From positions 105,464,001-105,528,000 of the forward strand of contig NW_024704742.1 of NCBI RefSeq assembly GCF_018977255.1: 64,000 nucleotides of DNA, given 5' to 3'. The position numbers and the translations under genes were made by a program. This DNA is from Callorhinchus milii. Lineage: Eukaryota. The notes below the pieces were generated by a model. The model searched no databases, had not been told where the DNA came from, and was given only the letters and a program-made list of their open reading frames with translations. The number at the start of each line of letters is the position of its first letter. The stretch's first letter is position 1. Positions 50,001 to 63,554 of this stretch are shown here, piece after piece.

Positions 50001-50689
50001 TTTATTGTTCAGATTTTCTGCTGCAAAATGCCATGTTTGAGAATGATACAACATAGCTCAGCGAACTGTAACAAGATATTCTTGTTAATACTATCTTAAC
50101 TGTTTGTTTTAATTCCATAGGACTTTCTGTGAAAGGTTTACAATATCTGTATTAAGTGAAACGCCTTATATTGTGCTGGATTCTCTTTCTTATCCCCCTC
50201 CCCTGCCTCCCACACATCATCTACATAGAGCATCTGGGTATATGTTATCTGTTATCTCTGATCCCAAACTTCAAAAGAGAAAAATCCTCAGATTTACCAC
50301 TTGAATTATCTGTCTGATTGCAGATAGCACTTAATTTACAGGTGCTGCCCTGAAAGTGGACATCCATCCTGCTCCTTGTGATAAGCTTGATGAACACGAG
50401 AAAGCAGGGAGTGAGAAAAGGGTCGATCAAACCTCTTCATAGGCCTGGACTTTAGCTCCTGGGGGATAGATCTCCACTGATGCTTCTGATCCCTAAAGTG
50501 AAACAAACAGGATATGCATTCATCCCATGGCTCAAACGTGGCCTCTCCTTCGCAGCCAGTATAGACAGCCCCAGCAGCACGGAAACCATTGTAGCTCGAG
50601 GATAATTTGTTCACCTCAACCCTAACCTACCGCTAAGAAATGGTTCCTGTTTTCAAATAGTAATAAATTAATTGAACTGGCCAGTGAAT

Positions 50690-50900
50690 CAGTGTCAAGA
50701 AGGCACAGATTTAAAATTATTACAAAAATAGTGAAAAGGAGATTAGAAAAAATGCTTTGCACATATGTAAGTTAGTTGGAATATGGAATTCTCTGCCACA
50801 AATTGTTGTTGAATCAGAGTTAATGCAATTTTGGAAAAGGGAATTAGATGTTTGAAGAGGAGAAACATTAAAGGATGTGAGGAACAAGAGAGTGTGATTA
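50690..50900 (+). mobile_element. Old CR1 3' fragment
   Basis: gtcaagaaggcacagatttaaaatt, ggaatatggaattctctgccaca, aagggaattagat. Confidence 0.6.
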
Positions 50901-52217
50901 GATTAGGGACTCAGGTACAGAGAAAGACCAGTGAATCCAAGTCACAATCGGCTTGTCTGCTCCAGACAGTTTTGTGGTGCTCACTTGATTCACTATGCAA
51001 GTGGGACTCATCAGTGATATAATTCCATCGTGCGCCAGCGAAGACTGGAATCAGCATACAGTGGTGTGGGAGTGAACCTAAACATTCCGAGACACTTCCC
51101 CGTGAAGGGCGCTATATAAATGCAAATGAATCATTAGCAAAAGCCAATTGTAAGCTTCATTTTTATTTCTCTGCACTTTTTGTGCCAACTTTGCTGCTGT
51201 GGTAGCCCGTTGAGATAATCCTTTACGTTTTATTTACTTTAATTTGTAAATCCCCTCCAGCATATTGAACAGCTGAGAAATTCAGAGTAGTGTAAATTAA
51301 ACATCTTTTCACTTTACATCCCTACTCCTCGTTTCTTCCCAGGCATACGGCTAAAACCTCTGAATATTCACCTGATATATAGTTTAGTAAATGTGGTCTT
51401 TTCAGGCTGATTAACTAAACAATAAAAGGAGTAGGACTTCATCGACGGGACATGGTGATTACACTTAAAATAAGTTACCAAATCATTTTAAATTGTGTTA
51501 TAAATAGTGTCACTTCCAACTCACTATTGATGCATAATCCATCCAAAGGCATTCTATTTTATTGTTTCCAGCGTAATAATAATCCTTGCATTTGATATAG
51601 CGCCTTATCACATCGTTCAGACATCTCAAAGCGCTTCACAGAATATAGTGGATTTTGTGGACAAAGGGACAGTAGTGCTCGGACCTCCCAGTGCAGCTGT
51701 TTGTAATGTCTGGTCTCTGTGGGCTGATCCTTATTATATTTAGTCCTAACCATTCCCCCACCACCCCCACCCGCCCAACGTGCAGAGTGTTGGATAATTA
51801 GAAGCTGCATTAAGCTACATGTTCAGGGTACTTGTGAGGTTTTGATATTGAATTTCCTCCTCCTCCTGTTTGATTCCTTTGTGTTGACCTTACTCTGCAG
51901 TGATGAGTCAGGATACATTAAATTCCTTTTACTTAATGGAGCAGCAATAGATTGATTCTTGATTGCTGCAATTCTGTGTACCATCTGTGCTGAGTTATAT
52001 GAAAAATAAATAGCGCAAGCCTTGTTTAGTTTGGAAAACAAAGTTGACTTGCCAGTTTTACTCTGGCTGGAGCGTGCAATAAAGCCTACGTATAGCTGCG
52101 TGTTGAGGAAAGGATGGGCTGGAGTACTCCGACTTTTATTTATGCCGACTTTATATTCTTCGACTGTTGACCACAGCAGCCCTTACTTTGACAGTGCTGC
52201 AACATTGGCAACAAGGT

Positions 52218-52581
52218 GGAGTCCCATAGTGTAGTGGTTAGCACGCTTGCCTCGTAAGCGAGAGGACCTGGGCTCGATTTCCTGGGCTCGAAACCTTAAG
52301 CAAGTTTACTTACTTCACATACCTCTCTTTACCTAGCAGTGGTAGGAACCGAGTTGTTAGTCGACTGGTGGATTGGTTTCCAGGGGTAATAATTCATCAA
52401 AAAAAAATTGTTCACTCAATCCACGACTATTTGTGGGACACTGCTGTGTGCAATTGATTGCCACAGTTCGCCCACAAAATGCACAGTCATTCCACTTTAT
52501 AGTATATTCTGTGAAGCGCTTTAGGACATCTCGAAGATGTGATAAGTCACTATATCAAATGTAGTTATTATTATTATTATT
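52218..52581 (+). mobile_element. SINE family B, long subtype
   Basis: ggagtcccatagtgtagtggttagcacgcttgcctcgtaagcgag...ttattattatt. Confidence 0.85.
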
Positions 52582-53334
52582 AACTTGGTACCTCTAGATC
52601 AGGCCACGTTCTCTCCAGGAGGGAACAAAATTGTGAACGGCCCTTTTTATTTTCCAGCCAGGCTCTCAAGGAAAAATATCTGTGTTGTGTTGTTTAGTAA
52701 CTGGCCAATTCAGTGACCAGGTAATGTTGCACGACCTTCTCTGAAACTGGTTTAGTTTAAGGAGAGGGCAGCTTCTTGCTGGTGTTGATTGGTCAGGATG
52801 AGAATATGGGACCAGCTCTCCTCAGATTCCTCAGTGGGAATGGAAAAGCTAAGGGAAAACCCTTAATACAACCTCATTTGAGGAGTATTTGTTCATTTCT
52901 GTATCAAACTTGTTAAAATGGTTTGGTGGCTGGAGGAATTTGGGCAGTCATAGAATTTTGTGAAATGAAAATGCAGAAATGTCAAGGCAAATAGCCAGAG
53001 TGTTTAAATATTACCAAATAAGCATACAATTTTTTTTAATGTAGTACTGGAAGAAAGAGGACAATGTACCGCAGTATGACTGTGCATCATATCTGTTGGG
53101 ACGTGACTTAATTTAATATCTTAAACTGCACATCTGTTAAACTATCTCTTCATAGCGCTGGTGCAAATTAAATACCACAATTGCCTACTTAACATGCACT
53201 TTATTTCTCATTACTCTTACTTTGTGGAGCTTTTTTATCATGAAAAGCACTGTATAAATAAATGTAAGTAGTTGCAGCAGTTACACTGAATGTTCCAAAA
53301 TAACTACAACAAACCATTATTCTAATTACAATAA

Positions 53335-53670
53335 ATAATAATAATCCTTGCATTTGGTGTAGCGCCTTTCATAGCAGGAGCACACTTCACAGGATTCAGT
53401 GTAAAGTTTAAAGGCTGTGTATTTTGTAGGCGAGTATGGTAGCCAATTTGAGCACAACAGTGTACCACTTGAAGTGAATGTCCAATTATATCTGGGGGGT
53501 TGTTGTCCATGACACCATGAGAGAAGCTCCCTTCTCTTTTTGAATGGGGCCATTGGAATTTCTAATGTCACGTTAAGCAGCAGACGAGACCTTGGTTTAA
53601 TGTCTGGAGTGTCTGCCTAGACTATGTGAGTTTGAATTCCTGAGAGTCCTTCCAGCTGAGCCAGGCTAAC
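53335..53670 (-). mobile_element. DeuSINE family A, internally deleted
   Basis: aataataatccttgcatttgg tail; agctgagccaggctaac head. Confidence 0.75.
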
Positions 53671-54593
53671 AATTATTTGGTCACATATTGTGTACATTTT
53701 TATTTTGCTTTGTGGTATCTCATTTACTGTTAATTAACTCCAGCTCTTTCTTTTCAATTGAGGTGCCTACATATTCCCCAGCATAATCTGGACTAGGTTC
53801 TTGTGGAAATATAACATGGAATAATATTTTTTTTGTAAAAGGGAAGCAGTGCTGTTGTTGGCTCTATGGTTGCCATCTTGGGAATATATTGGTGGTAACA
53901 GCAACAGCCCAACAACTATTCTCAAGATGGCAACAATTCATTGCTTGACTTTTAAATTGGGTGTTGTACAATGCTAGAGTGTAATAAAAATCTAGGTTCA
54001 TCTCCCGTTTACTTGCTGCAGCGATCGAATCTGAGTGAAGTTTCTTGGCATGACATTTGTTCAGTTACTTGGTTGGTATTTTTGCCATTGGCTCTGCAGA
54101 ACACTGGTCTCATGGGACACATGTCCTCCTGAATATTTAATCCTCTAATGTCAGTAAAACCAAATATTGCTTGGACTGCGTCTGGAGATACATTTTATAA
54201 TTTTACCACAACAAAAGCAAGAGAAGCCACAAAGTTGACTTAAACTCTAAAGAAAAGTTTTGACATCAGCAGAGATCTGACCCAGAAGCAATGTCTGCTG
54301 GTCATTTTAATGGTATACATTGTTATAGCATGGGGTCTGAGTTTATAGACCCAAACCACTGCATTATAACAGGATCAGTCTGCATCAAGGCAATGCAATC
54401 ACCCCAAATTGTGGACAACAGCATTAAATAATTATCTCTGTTGGGGGAGTGGGGGTAGGGGGGAAAAAAAACTTTTATGCAAGCTCTGCTGCAAATCCAA
54501 ACTTACCTCATATATTGCAATTCTGTGAGAGTCAGTGGACAACCTGTACGAAGATTTCTTGTTGAAATCTGAAACAGATTCCTGGTCATTTCA

Positions 54594-54768
54594 TCAACAA
54601 CACAACAACAACAAGATTCCATTTATTGAGCGCCTTTCACGTCGGGAGGACGTCCCAAGGCGCTGGACAGTTGGGTCAGGACCCGAGCAAGGGGGAAATG
54701 GTCAGGGTGAGGGGAGGGAAGGGAGGGAGCGAGGAGGGGGTAGAGAGTCGAGAGGGGAGCTGAAGGCA
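54594..54768 (-). mobile_element. Young L2 3' end, same subfamily as the 1096-4623 element
   Basis: Near-identical antisense of the 4410-4623 region, without the 46-bp duplication. Confidence 0.92.
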
Positions 54769-54855
54769 CGGAGGCATCAGAGATCTGGAGAGACCAGTAT
54801 CTCTGTAGGATGCAGGAGCTTTGTGGGGACTTTCTTTAGAGAATCTCTCTTGGGC

Positions 54856-55266
54856 TGAGCTACGTAGCTCAGCGGTTAGAGCACTCGCCTCGCAAGTGAG
54901 ACCTGGGTTTGATTCCTTGCAGGGTGAAATGTTGGACGAGAGGACTTGGGTTCAATTTCTGGACAGGGTGAAACGTTGAGCAAGTTTCCTTACTCCACAA
55001 GCCTCTGTTTACCTAGTAGTAAGTAGGAACCTGGTTGTTGATCGATTGTCGGATGACTTTTCCGGGGGTAATAATTCTGTAAAGAAAAATTGGTCACTTC
55101 AATCCACGACTGTTTGTGGAACACTGCAGTGCGCAATTAGCTGCTGCGTTTCACCCACAAAATGTAGTCAATTCACTTTATAGTATATTCTGTGAAGCGT
55201 TTTGAGATGTCTCGAAGATGTGATAAGGAGTTATATCAAAATGCAAGGATTATTATTTATTATTAT
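54856..55266 (+). mobile_element. SINE family B, long subtype with duplicated B-box segment
   Basis: gagacctgggtttgattccttgcagggtgaaatgttgg followed by cgagaggacttgggttcaatttctggacagggtgaaacgtt. Confidence 0.88.
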
Positions 55267-57606
55267 AAACAATATACTGTTCATTGAAAATCCTTGCAGT
55301 TGATATAGGCCTTTCACATCTGGAGGACCTCTCAAAGTGCTTCACAGCATTTACTGTAGGGTGTAGTGACTATTTGTAGGCAAAATAAGAACAAGTGTGT
55401 TGCTTTGTGTTGGTTTAACACAAATGGGCTTGTTTGTTCATCGTAAACCCTTGCTCTTGATCTCTCAAGATCTTCAGATCCTGGAAACCAAATGCTTTGG
55501 AGGGTATGAAACTACAGAGGATCTCATACAACTTCTTGTTGTGTACGCAATCTGGACAGTAGGGTGAAAATCATGATTTGTGGTGTGCAAAATGAACATT
55601 GCCAATGAGCACTGATCACAGTTAGTCAATAAACGGAAGTGGCTAAGATGTGATTTGTTCTGCAGGTTTATTCCTTTTCCCCTCCCTCCTTCCCCTCTAA
55701 AGACCCTACCACAATGCTTGGGTCTGAAGCTGGCCTATGATTCCCTTCATCAGAAGATGAAACCAGCTTAACATGATTTTTATTTACTTGCCAGGTGGGG
55801 AAGGGTGCCTCGCACCCTGGAACAGAAACATGGGGATCACACCCACTGACCAGTCAATATCTTTCATTCCTGATTGTGAGAGAGAATTTCTACGATGTGA
55901 TGATTAACACCGGTGTTACTTAACGGATCACATTAGCTAATTGTTATGCATAGTCAAGTGTTGTACCTATTGTATACTTTTGAAAAGGTCTTCTGGTTGA
56001 TCAGCCTCAGGCTGTAGCAGGATTCATCTATGTGGCGTTGGCCACAGGATGAATGAGGGCAGCAGCTGGAAGAGAAACCAGGCACACCTAAACCAGCATA
56101 TAAAATGATTATTGGTCCACTCACATTGCATGGATTTGCTCATCTTCAAATAAAATTCAAATGTGTAATCTTGATCCAACAATAACAGTTTCCCAAATCA
56201 GTCAATAACTGTCTTTAAGTGCTTGCAAGGTTGACATTGGCCAGTTAACATGTAATTTTCTCTTTTAGATTGTGAGGAAAGTTAAAATCTTATCTTTGAC
56301 ACTGGCTACACTCACACAGAAAATTGTTGTTACAGTTGTTAGCTGTTTGATGTTTTCTATTCTGTTCAGCTGCAGAAAGAACGATTCCAGTGGTGTACAG
56401 ACTGGATAAAGGGCATGTTTTATTTAGTCTGTTGAAAACTAGATTCAGGCAATAATCCTGATCAAAGTTAAACATTTTAACAGACGTCTGTGGATTTCTC
56501 AGAGATCTGACATTATTACGAATTCTCAACTTCAAGACTTTAGATTCCCCCCCACCCCAATTCCTCCAATTATCATACGTGCTTGTGTATCTGGTGGAAA
56601 TGACCACCCCATATCACCAGTGATAATTGCAAGCTATAATGGTGTTACCATTATAACACGCACTGGTCTAGCCAGTATATTGGGGGTGCTGACTGGCTGA
56701 CTTCCTGCTAACAACATGTATCCAAACTACATGAAAGAATTGCCACTGAATAAATATCATTTCCTTGTGAGGGGGATGCAGTGCGAAAGAGGGATCACCA
56801 TCTGAGGCCTGTGACCTATTTTGACCCCATTCTTGGTCGATGTGATAGTGATGTCAGTGGTAATATGAGATGCTGCATTTCCTTCTATTATGCATTAATA
56901 AATTTGTTGGTCAGAAATGCTTTTCAAGCTGCGCAATATAAAATATTGGAATGCGTTGCCATTAGCTGCATGTTTATTGGCCATCATTGGAGAAGCACTT
57001 GTGTCTGACTGAAAACTGCGACAGCTCATTGCTCGCCTTTCTGTTCAGCGTGACGTGGCACAGTAATGTGATAGGGTATTGGCACAACTAACATTGCTAA
57101 TGAGAACTCCTTCACCAAGTGACAAAGCACAACCATCAGGTGGAAAGAACTGGCCTCGAGGATAGAGGTGCTGCCGTGATACTCGAGGATACAAGAGTTC
57201 AATTCCAGTTATGTGCAGTTGGTGAGCAGCAAACGAAGCGAGACCTGTCCTTGTTACAGCAGTATGACTGTCTAAATAATATATTGTGTTACACAGCAGA
57301 AGCCACTTTGTCTGATTTTCGGCTGGTTTTGCACTGTCATTTTGAAAAGAAGTTATTTTTTTTCCTGCTCTTGCCAGTGTTTTCTCACCTCTTCTCCTGA
57401 TGGTGCCTGATTCCTTTTTCCTAGTGCTTGAGATGTGTGGATATGCATGATTACCAGTGAACTTGCTGAGTTTGAGCATTTCTTTAACACTAAGCCACAG
57501 CATCAATCAGTTTCATACCTTGGGACATTGAACATAAAAGAGACAGTAAAATTACATTTAAAATAGGAGGAAAAATAAAATATCCGCATATAGGTAAAAT
57601 AAAATT

Positions 57607-58370
57607 GTGTCAACCTGGCTTGGTTGGTAGCACCTTCACCTCTTGAATCAGAAGGTTGTGAGTTAAAGCCCCACATCGTGACTTTGAATTCTTGCAAGCG
57701 AGAGGACTTGGGTTCAATTTCTGGACAGGGTGAAACGTTAGGCAAGTTTCTTTACTCCACACGCCTCTGTTTATCTAGCAGTAGGTAGGAGCCCGGTTGT
57801 GAGTTGATTGGCCGATCGCTTTTTCGGGGGTAATAATCACTTAAAAATAAATAAATTTAAAAATTAATAATTTGGTCACTTAATCCACAACTGTTTGTGG
57901 GACACTGCTGTGCACATTTGGCTGCTGCATTTTGCCCACAAAGTATACAGTCAATTCATTTTACAGTATATTTTGTGAAATGCTTTGAGACGTCTAGAAG
58001 ACCTGATAAAGCGCTATATCAAATGCAAGGATTATTATTATTATAATCTAGGCAGACACTCCAATTCATTGCTGAGGGAGCACTGCATTGTTGGAGACGC
58101 CATCTTTCGTATGAGTCGTTAAACCGAGGCCTCGTCTGCCTGTGCACTTGGATTTTAAAGATTCCATGGCATTATTTGAAAAGAGAAGGGAGTTTCTCTA
58201 GCCAACAGTCCCCCAAAATAAAATTGGTCATTCACTTCATGGCTGTTTGTGAGACATTGCTGCACACAAATCAATTGCTACATTTGCCTACAACTGTATT
58301 GTCACTACACATTACTGTAAATCCTGTGGTGTGTTTACCACATCCTCCCAACATCAAATGCAGATATGAA
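57607..58370 (+). mobile_element. DeuSINE family A split by a family B long copy (57691-58044)
   Basis: Family A head at 57607-57690 resumes at aatctaggcagacact (58045). Confidence 0.85.
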
Positions 58371-58815
58371 AATAAAGAGAATCATGGAAATTAAAACACA
58401 TCAGGAGTTCATTTAGAATAATTGGTGCTTGCTCTTCTGTTGGAGCTAACTTCTCAAATTTAATTCCCTGTTCTTTTCCCCATGCCCTGTTATTTTCTTC
58501 CTCTTCAAATGTTTGTCTAATTTCCTTTTTTTAAAAATATTGCTGTGGTCTCGGTCATAATAGTACATAATAATAAGTCTTAGTTCCTTGATTTATGAAA
58601 ATATACTCTGGAAAAAGTTCATAAAAATTATCAACTTTAAACAAACATTCTTTGAGGTTGTTGCTGTGAGAATTGTTTTGTCGTGCCAACTATCGATATG
58701 AGAATTGTTTCCTCTCCTCATGACGTTGTACAACTCATGGGCTTTGGCATCCTATAGTGCCTCCCGCAAATAACCCGTAATTTAAAAAAAAATTATATTA
58801 AAATGTTTAGTTGCA

Positions 58816-59500
58816 GTGTCAGCCTGACTGAGTTGGAAGCGCTCTCACCTCTTGAGTCAGAAAGTTGTAAGATTAAACTGCACATCAAGACTTTGCAATT
58901 CACAGTCTAGGCTGACAGTTCAATAGAGTCCTGTGGGAGGCCCCAAGGCGAAACCTTGGGCAAGTTTCCTTACTCCACACAGAGCCTAATAATAATCCCT
59001 CCAAAAAAACAAAACAATAATAAATTGGTCATTTTCAATCTACGACTGTTTGTGGGACATTGCTGTGCGCAATTGGCTGCCGCGTTCGCCCACAAATATA
59101 CAGTCAATTCACTTTACAGTGTGTTCTGTGAAGCACTTTGGGACGTCCTCCCGACGTGAAAAGCGCTATATCAAATGCAAGGATTATTATTATTATTGTT
59201 GGAGGTGCTGTCCTTTGGATGAGGTGTTAAACTAAGGCTATGTGAGCCTGTTTAGGTGTTTTAAAGAATCCTATGACACTATTCAAAAAGTCAAATGAGT
59301 TTCTCCTGGTGCCTGGCCAACAATCACCCAAATAACATCGACCATTCATATCAGGCTGATTTTGAGATGTTGCCATGCGCAAATTAGCTGCCATGTTCAC
59401 CTACAAATACACAGTCACTACACTTCACAGTAAATCCAATGAAGCACTTTGAGACATTTTACCAACTAAGTTGTTGTATCAAAACCAAGGATAACATTAC
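58816..59500 (+). mobile_element. DeuSINE family A split by a family B short copy (58926-59197, head internally deleted)
   Basis: Family A resumes at gttggaggtgctgtcctttggatgag after the (att)n tail. Confidence 0.85.
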
Positions 59501-60334
59501 CTTAACCCTAATTCCGATGTGCACAGCAGACAGTGGGGTCTCCATTGACTCAATCTGAAGCATTTTAATAAGAAAGGACAAATAAATCAAATTGGAGCTT
59601 GTTTTTTTATAAATCTACTTCATACATATTGTGATAGATGTCGCTGTTGAGTATATGTGTACCTCTCGCTGTTTATAATGTATGTACTGTAATAGAGGTT
59701 TGTTGATTTCCTGTTCGGTGACCTTCATAACCTCCAGTGGTATTGCACTGATATTAACTTGATGATAATGAGGATGATGGACATTGGCTTAAACCTCAAC
59801 AGATAAATGGTTGTCTTCACTGTAGAATCTGTGCCTGGAGTTTCTTTTCTCTCTCAGTCGTGTCTTATTAAAATGCTTTAGATAGTGTAATTGCAGTCCC
59901 TGCTGTCTGTACACACCAGAATTAGGCTAAATGGCAGCCTGCAAGCCCGCTGACTGTGCAGTGTCCAGGGTTTTTAAATTTGTGCAGTTCAGGCTGCCAC
60001 ATCTGGCAAAGTGGAGATTGAAGCAACTTATACTATCCAAAGTGCTTTCCGTTAGCTGCGGCTGTGATCAAAATGCAATTTGCCCTGAAAGAGTTGGCAG
60101 GCCAATCAGAAAAAGATGTTATTTAGTCCCTGCTAAGCTAATTGTTTTTGAATTAATCTGTATAAAAAAAACAACATAAAGGAGAGCCTTAAAAAAAAAA
60201 TCAATTTGATTAGGTTTCTGCCTTAAAAGTGCACTGCTAAAGCTTCTCAGATCAGCCTGAAGCCGTCAGGTTGCATAAGTGCACACTGTAATCTCCTGAA
60301 AGGTACGAAGATGCGAATTGCTAGTAGATAGTGA

Positions 60335-60335
<1 letters not shown>

Positions 60336-60366
<31 letters not shown>

Positions 60367-60669
60367 CCTTGCATTTGATATAGCGCTTTTCACGTCGGGA
60401 GGACGTCCCAAAGCGCTTCACAGAACACACTGTAAAGTGAATTGACTGTATATTTGTGGGCGAACGCGGCAGCCAATTGCGCACAGCAATGTCCCACAAA
60501 CAGTCGTAGATTGAAAATGGCCAATTTAATTATTGTTTTTGTTTTTTGGAGGGATTATTATTAGGCGTGTGGAGTAAGGAAACTTGCCCAAGGTTTCGCC
60601 CTGCCTGGAAATGAACTCGGATCTCTCACTTGCAAAGCGAGTGCTCTAACCACTGAGCTACAGGACTCC
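60336..60669 (-). mobile_element. SINE family B, short subtype, long (AAT)n tail
   Basis: Full length, CpGs retained, nearly identical to the 20509, 36367 and 58947 copies. Confidence 0.93.
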
Positions 60670-60854
60670 AGACAGTACCTTGGCAATGGATATTTAATTT
60701 TTTCCCCCACGCCTCCTCTTTTGGAAGCAATCACTCCTGTCAGGATACTGGACTGGCTCGCATTGGTCACCTTCTGGAATCTCACTGAAGTGACCAATGT
60801 CATTCACAGGCCTGCTTAAGCAGTGGATATTAGCAGTATTCACTTTAAAGTATA

Positions 60855-61500
60855 TAATAATAATCCTTGCATTTGATATATCACTTCTTTGAGACGTCTC
60901 AAAGCACGTCACAGACAGTAAAAGGAATTGACTGTATATTTTGTGAGTGAAAGTGTAGTGACTGTATACAACAACAACAAGAAGATTACATTTGTATAGT
61001 GCCTTTCACGTCGGGAGGACGTCCCAAGGCGCTGGACAGAGTACAGCATTTCAGACCCGAGCTGGGATCAGGGGGGAGAGAAGCGAGGGGAGGGGAAGGG
61101 GGTGGCCGATGGCATGGTTGAAGAGGAGAGTCTTGAGGCGGGACTTGAAGGAGGCTAAGGAGGGGCGAAGTGGGGTATATTTTGTAGGTGAATGCAGCAG
61201 CCAACCAGCCATGTGCTACAAAAAACCTTGAAGTGAATGGCCAATTATATCTGGGGGCTTGTTGGTCAGGACACTGGGAGAAACTATTCTCTTTTTGAAC
61301 AGTGCCATGGGATCTTTAATGTCTACCTGAATAGGCAAATCGTAACCCGGTTTAACGTCTCATCTAAAAGATAGCACCCAGGGCAATTTAGTGCACCCTT
61401 AGCACTGTACTGGAGTGTCAATCTTTGGGCTGTCGTGGAGTTTGAATGCACAACCTTCTGACCCTAAGGCAAGAGTGTTACTGACTCAACCAAGCTGATG
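60855..61500 (-). mobile_element. DeuSINE family A split by an L2 3' end (60968-61175)
   Basis: acaacaacaagaagattacatttgtatagtgcctttcacgtcgggaggacgtcccaaggcgc lies inside a family A body. Confidence 0.8.
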
Positions 61501-62297
61501 TGCAATAAGAGAAGGTCATTCACAGGCCCGTCCTCTCAGCAGGGTAACTGCACAATGTAAGGAGACTGAAGCCATGCCGAGGAGAGAGAGGAAAATGAAG
61601 AAAGAGGTAGCCCCGTCCTCAAAAATAAATAAATGTAGGGGGAACTCAAATGCAAAACTGTTTCCAGGTTTGGTAAAGGCATCTTCCTGTTAGAAGTGGA
61701 GCCGTGTAGTTTAGGAAGTGACAGGTTCGAACCTGTGTTGAATTAGCTCATCTCAAAACTGGTAACAATAGGGACACTGCAGTTATTCTTGTGGTACATA
61801 AGTATTCACTCTGTTTTACAGTATATCCTGTCAACACTTTGAGAAGTCCTCCCGATGTGAAAGGCTCTATATCAAATATAAGAATTATTATTTTATTTTT
61901 ATTAAATGCAAGGATTATTTATCTGTCCTTATAAGTCATTGAGAGGCACAGGTGAAATAGACTTGGCTCTCATGTCACCACAGTGTTGCACAGCAGCCAA
62001 TTACAGGCACTTTTGAATGACATCACCATCTGTAGCATAGAGAGCAATGAAGCCCCATTGCCTGGAATGGTGGGCATGGCTTTACTCCTTGCTCTATAAC
62101 GCCTGTCATGATGTGGTGCTAATCTACAGTGTCTTGTTTGATTGGCAATGTGAACGTGCTTTGTGTCTCATCGCTGGTGTGTGAACTAAATGTGAGCGCG
62201 CCACGGCCTGTTAAAATAAAATGTCTGCTTCGTGAAGGAAGGGACTCGTGAATGGTGGGAATTAAATTTTGCATGGATTTGTATGTGCTGAAGTTTT

Positions 62298-62560
62298 AAC
62301 AATAGCGACTTGCATTTATATAGCGCCCCTCATGCGAGGTAGTGGCTCAGAGTCCTTTACAGTGGTGGAGCTTGACGCTGAAATGGGCAGAGAGGGGAGG
62401 TGACCATCGGGATGATCAGAGATGCGATCTGAAGACTAGAAAAGGAGGCAAAGTGAGAGATTGAGGCATGGATTCCAGACATAGTGGCTGAATGCAGGGC
62501 TGCAGATGGTGACTCTCAAAAAAAAGCCTCAGGTTCTCACAGAAGCCTGTCCAGATGGAA
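62298..62560 (-). mobile_element. Older-subfamily L2 3' fragment
   Basis: acttgcatttatatagcgcccctcatgcgagg, ggattccagacatagtggctgaatgc. Confidence 0.7.
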
Positions 62561-63554
62561 TATGTAACGTTCATGTAGGCACACATAACAATAGTGGACT
62601 TCATGTGCTGACTGGTGCTAGATTGAAGATGAGTTGGAAGAAGGATGCTGTTGACCTTCAGACCTGCCCTTCAGCAATTGCAAGCCATGCCCAATAGTGT
62701 TCAAATCAAAGAGTACTGTTTGGGTTTTAAAATAGGCTGCTGATGGGGGTTATGTAAAATTGAAAGAAAATACTGTATGAACAAAACGTCATGCTTAAAA
62801 GCCTGATAAAGTGGTCTGCGATCTTTTGTTCAGCTCTTAAGGCAGCTGAACTCTGTTGCTGTGTGGTGCTTTCTCTCTCTTGTGGTGTGCCATCTGTATG
62901 GCTGCCGGTTTTCTCCTTTGAAGATGCAAAATGGGGCTTCGGGTTCCGTGACCCTTTCTCCATTATGTGTCGTCTTTAAGTCCTGCTCAGTGTCTTTTCT
63001 GAATTCTGTGATTGCGTTTAGTCTCCTTGTGCTGACTGCTGGGATATCTCTGCCAGCCCTGCTTATGCCTCACCACAACTAAAGGAATTCCATTGTGCTT
63101 CTATTCCCTTTTCTCCCTCCCTCTCCTTTCCCTGAATCGCTGCAGAACTCTATACTGGCCAACTCTTCCTATTGGCATCTCTCGGGACATACCAGCTATT
63201 TCCTCTAACAACATAAAAAATGCCTAAGCTTCAGTGAAATGCCACCTTGATGACCGTGTTTGGCTGTCTCCCGGTTGTCGGAAGTTCCATGTGCAGTGGC
63301 GAGTGTTCTGTGGTATTTGTAATCTGAGTTTGAATCTCAGTCTTGGCTTCTTTTTGCACTGAGCTGCACTTTGTAGTAACTTCGTTCATCTTGAGTAGAT
63401 TTGTCTGGTGGAGACCGGGGATAAGCGGGGGTTCTGAAAGGCTAATGCTGGTAGCTTAACAATTCACTAGAATTTATTATGTACACCATGGGCATGGGCA
63501 AGGTTTGATCTGCGAAGGAGCTAAGCAAAATGGTGATCTGATCATCTCATTGTC

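Noticed and set aside
61721..61736. Perfect 16-bp palindrome acaggttcgaacctgt
   Set aside because: It lies in the decayed B-box of an old SINE-like repeat and is likely incidental.
62727..63082. Protein-like ORFs on both strands
   Set aside because: No recognisable domain, no clear splice sites, and stops in neighbouring frames.
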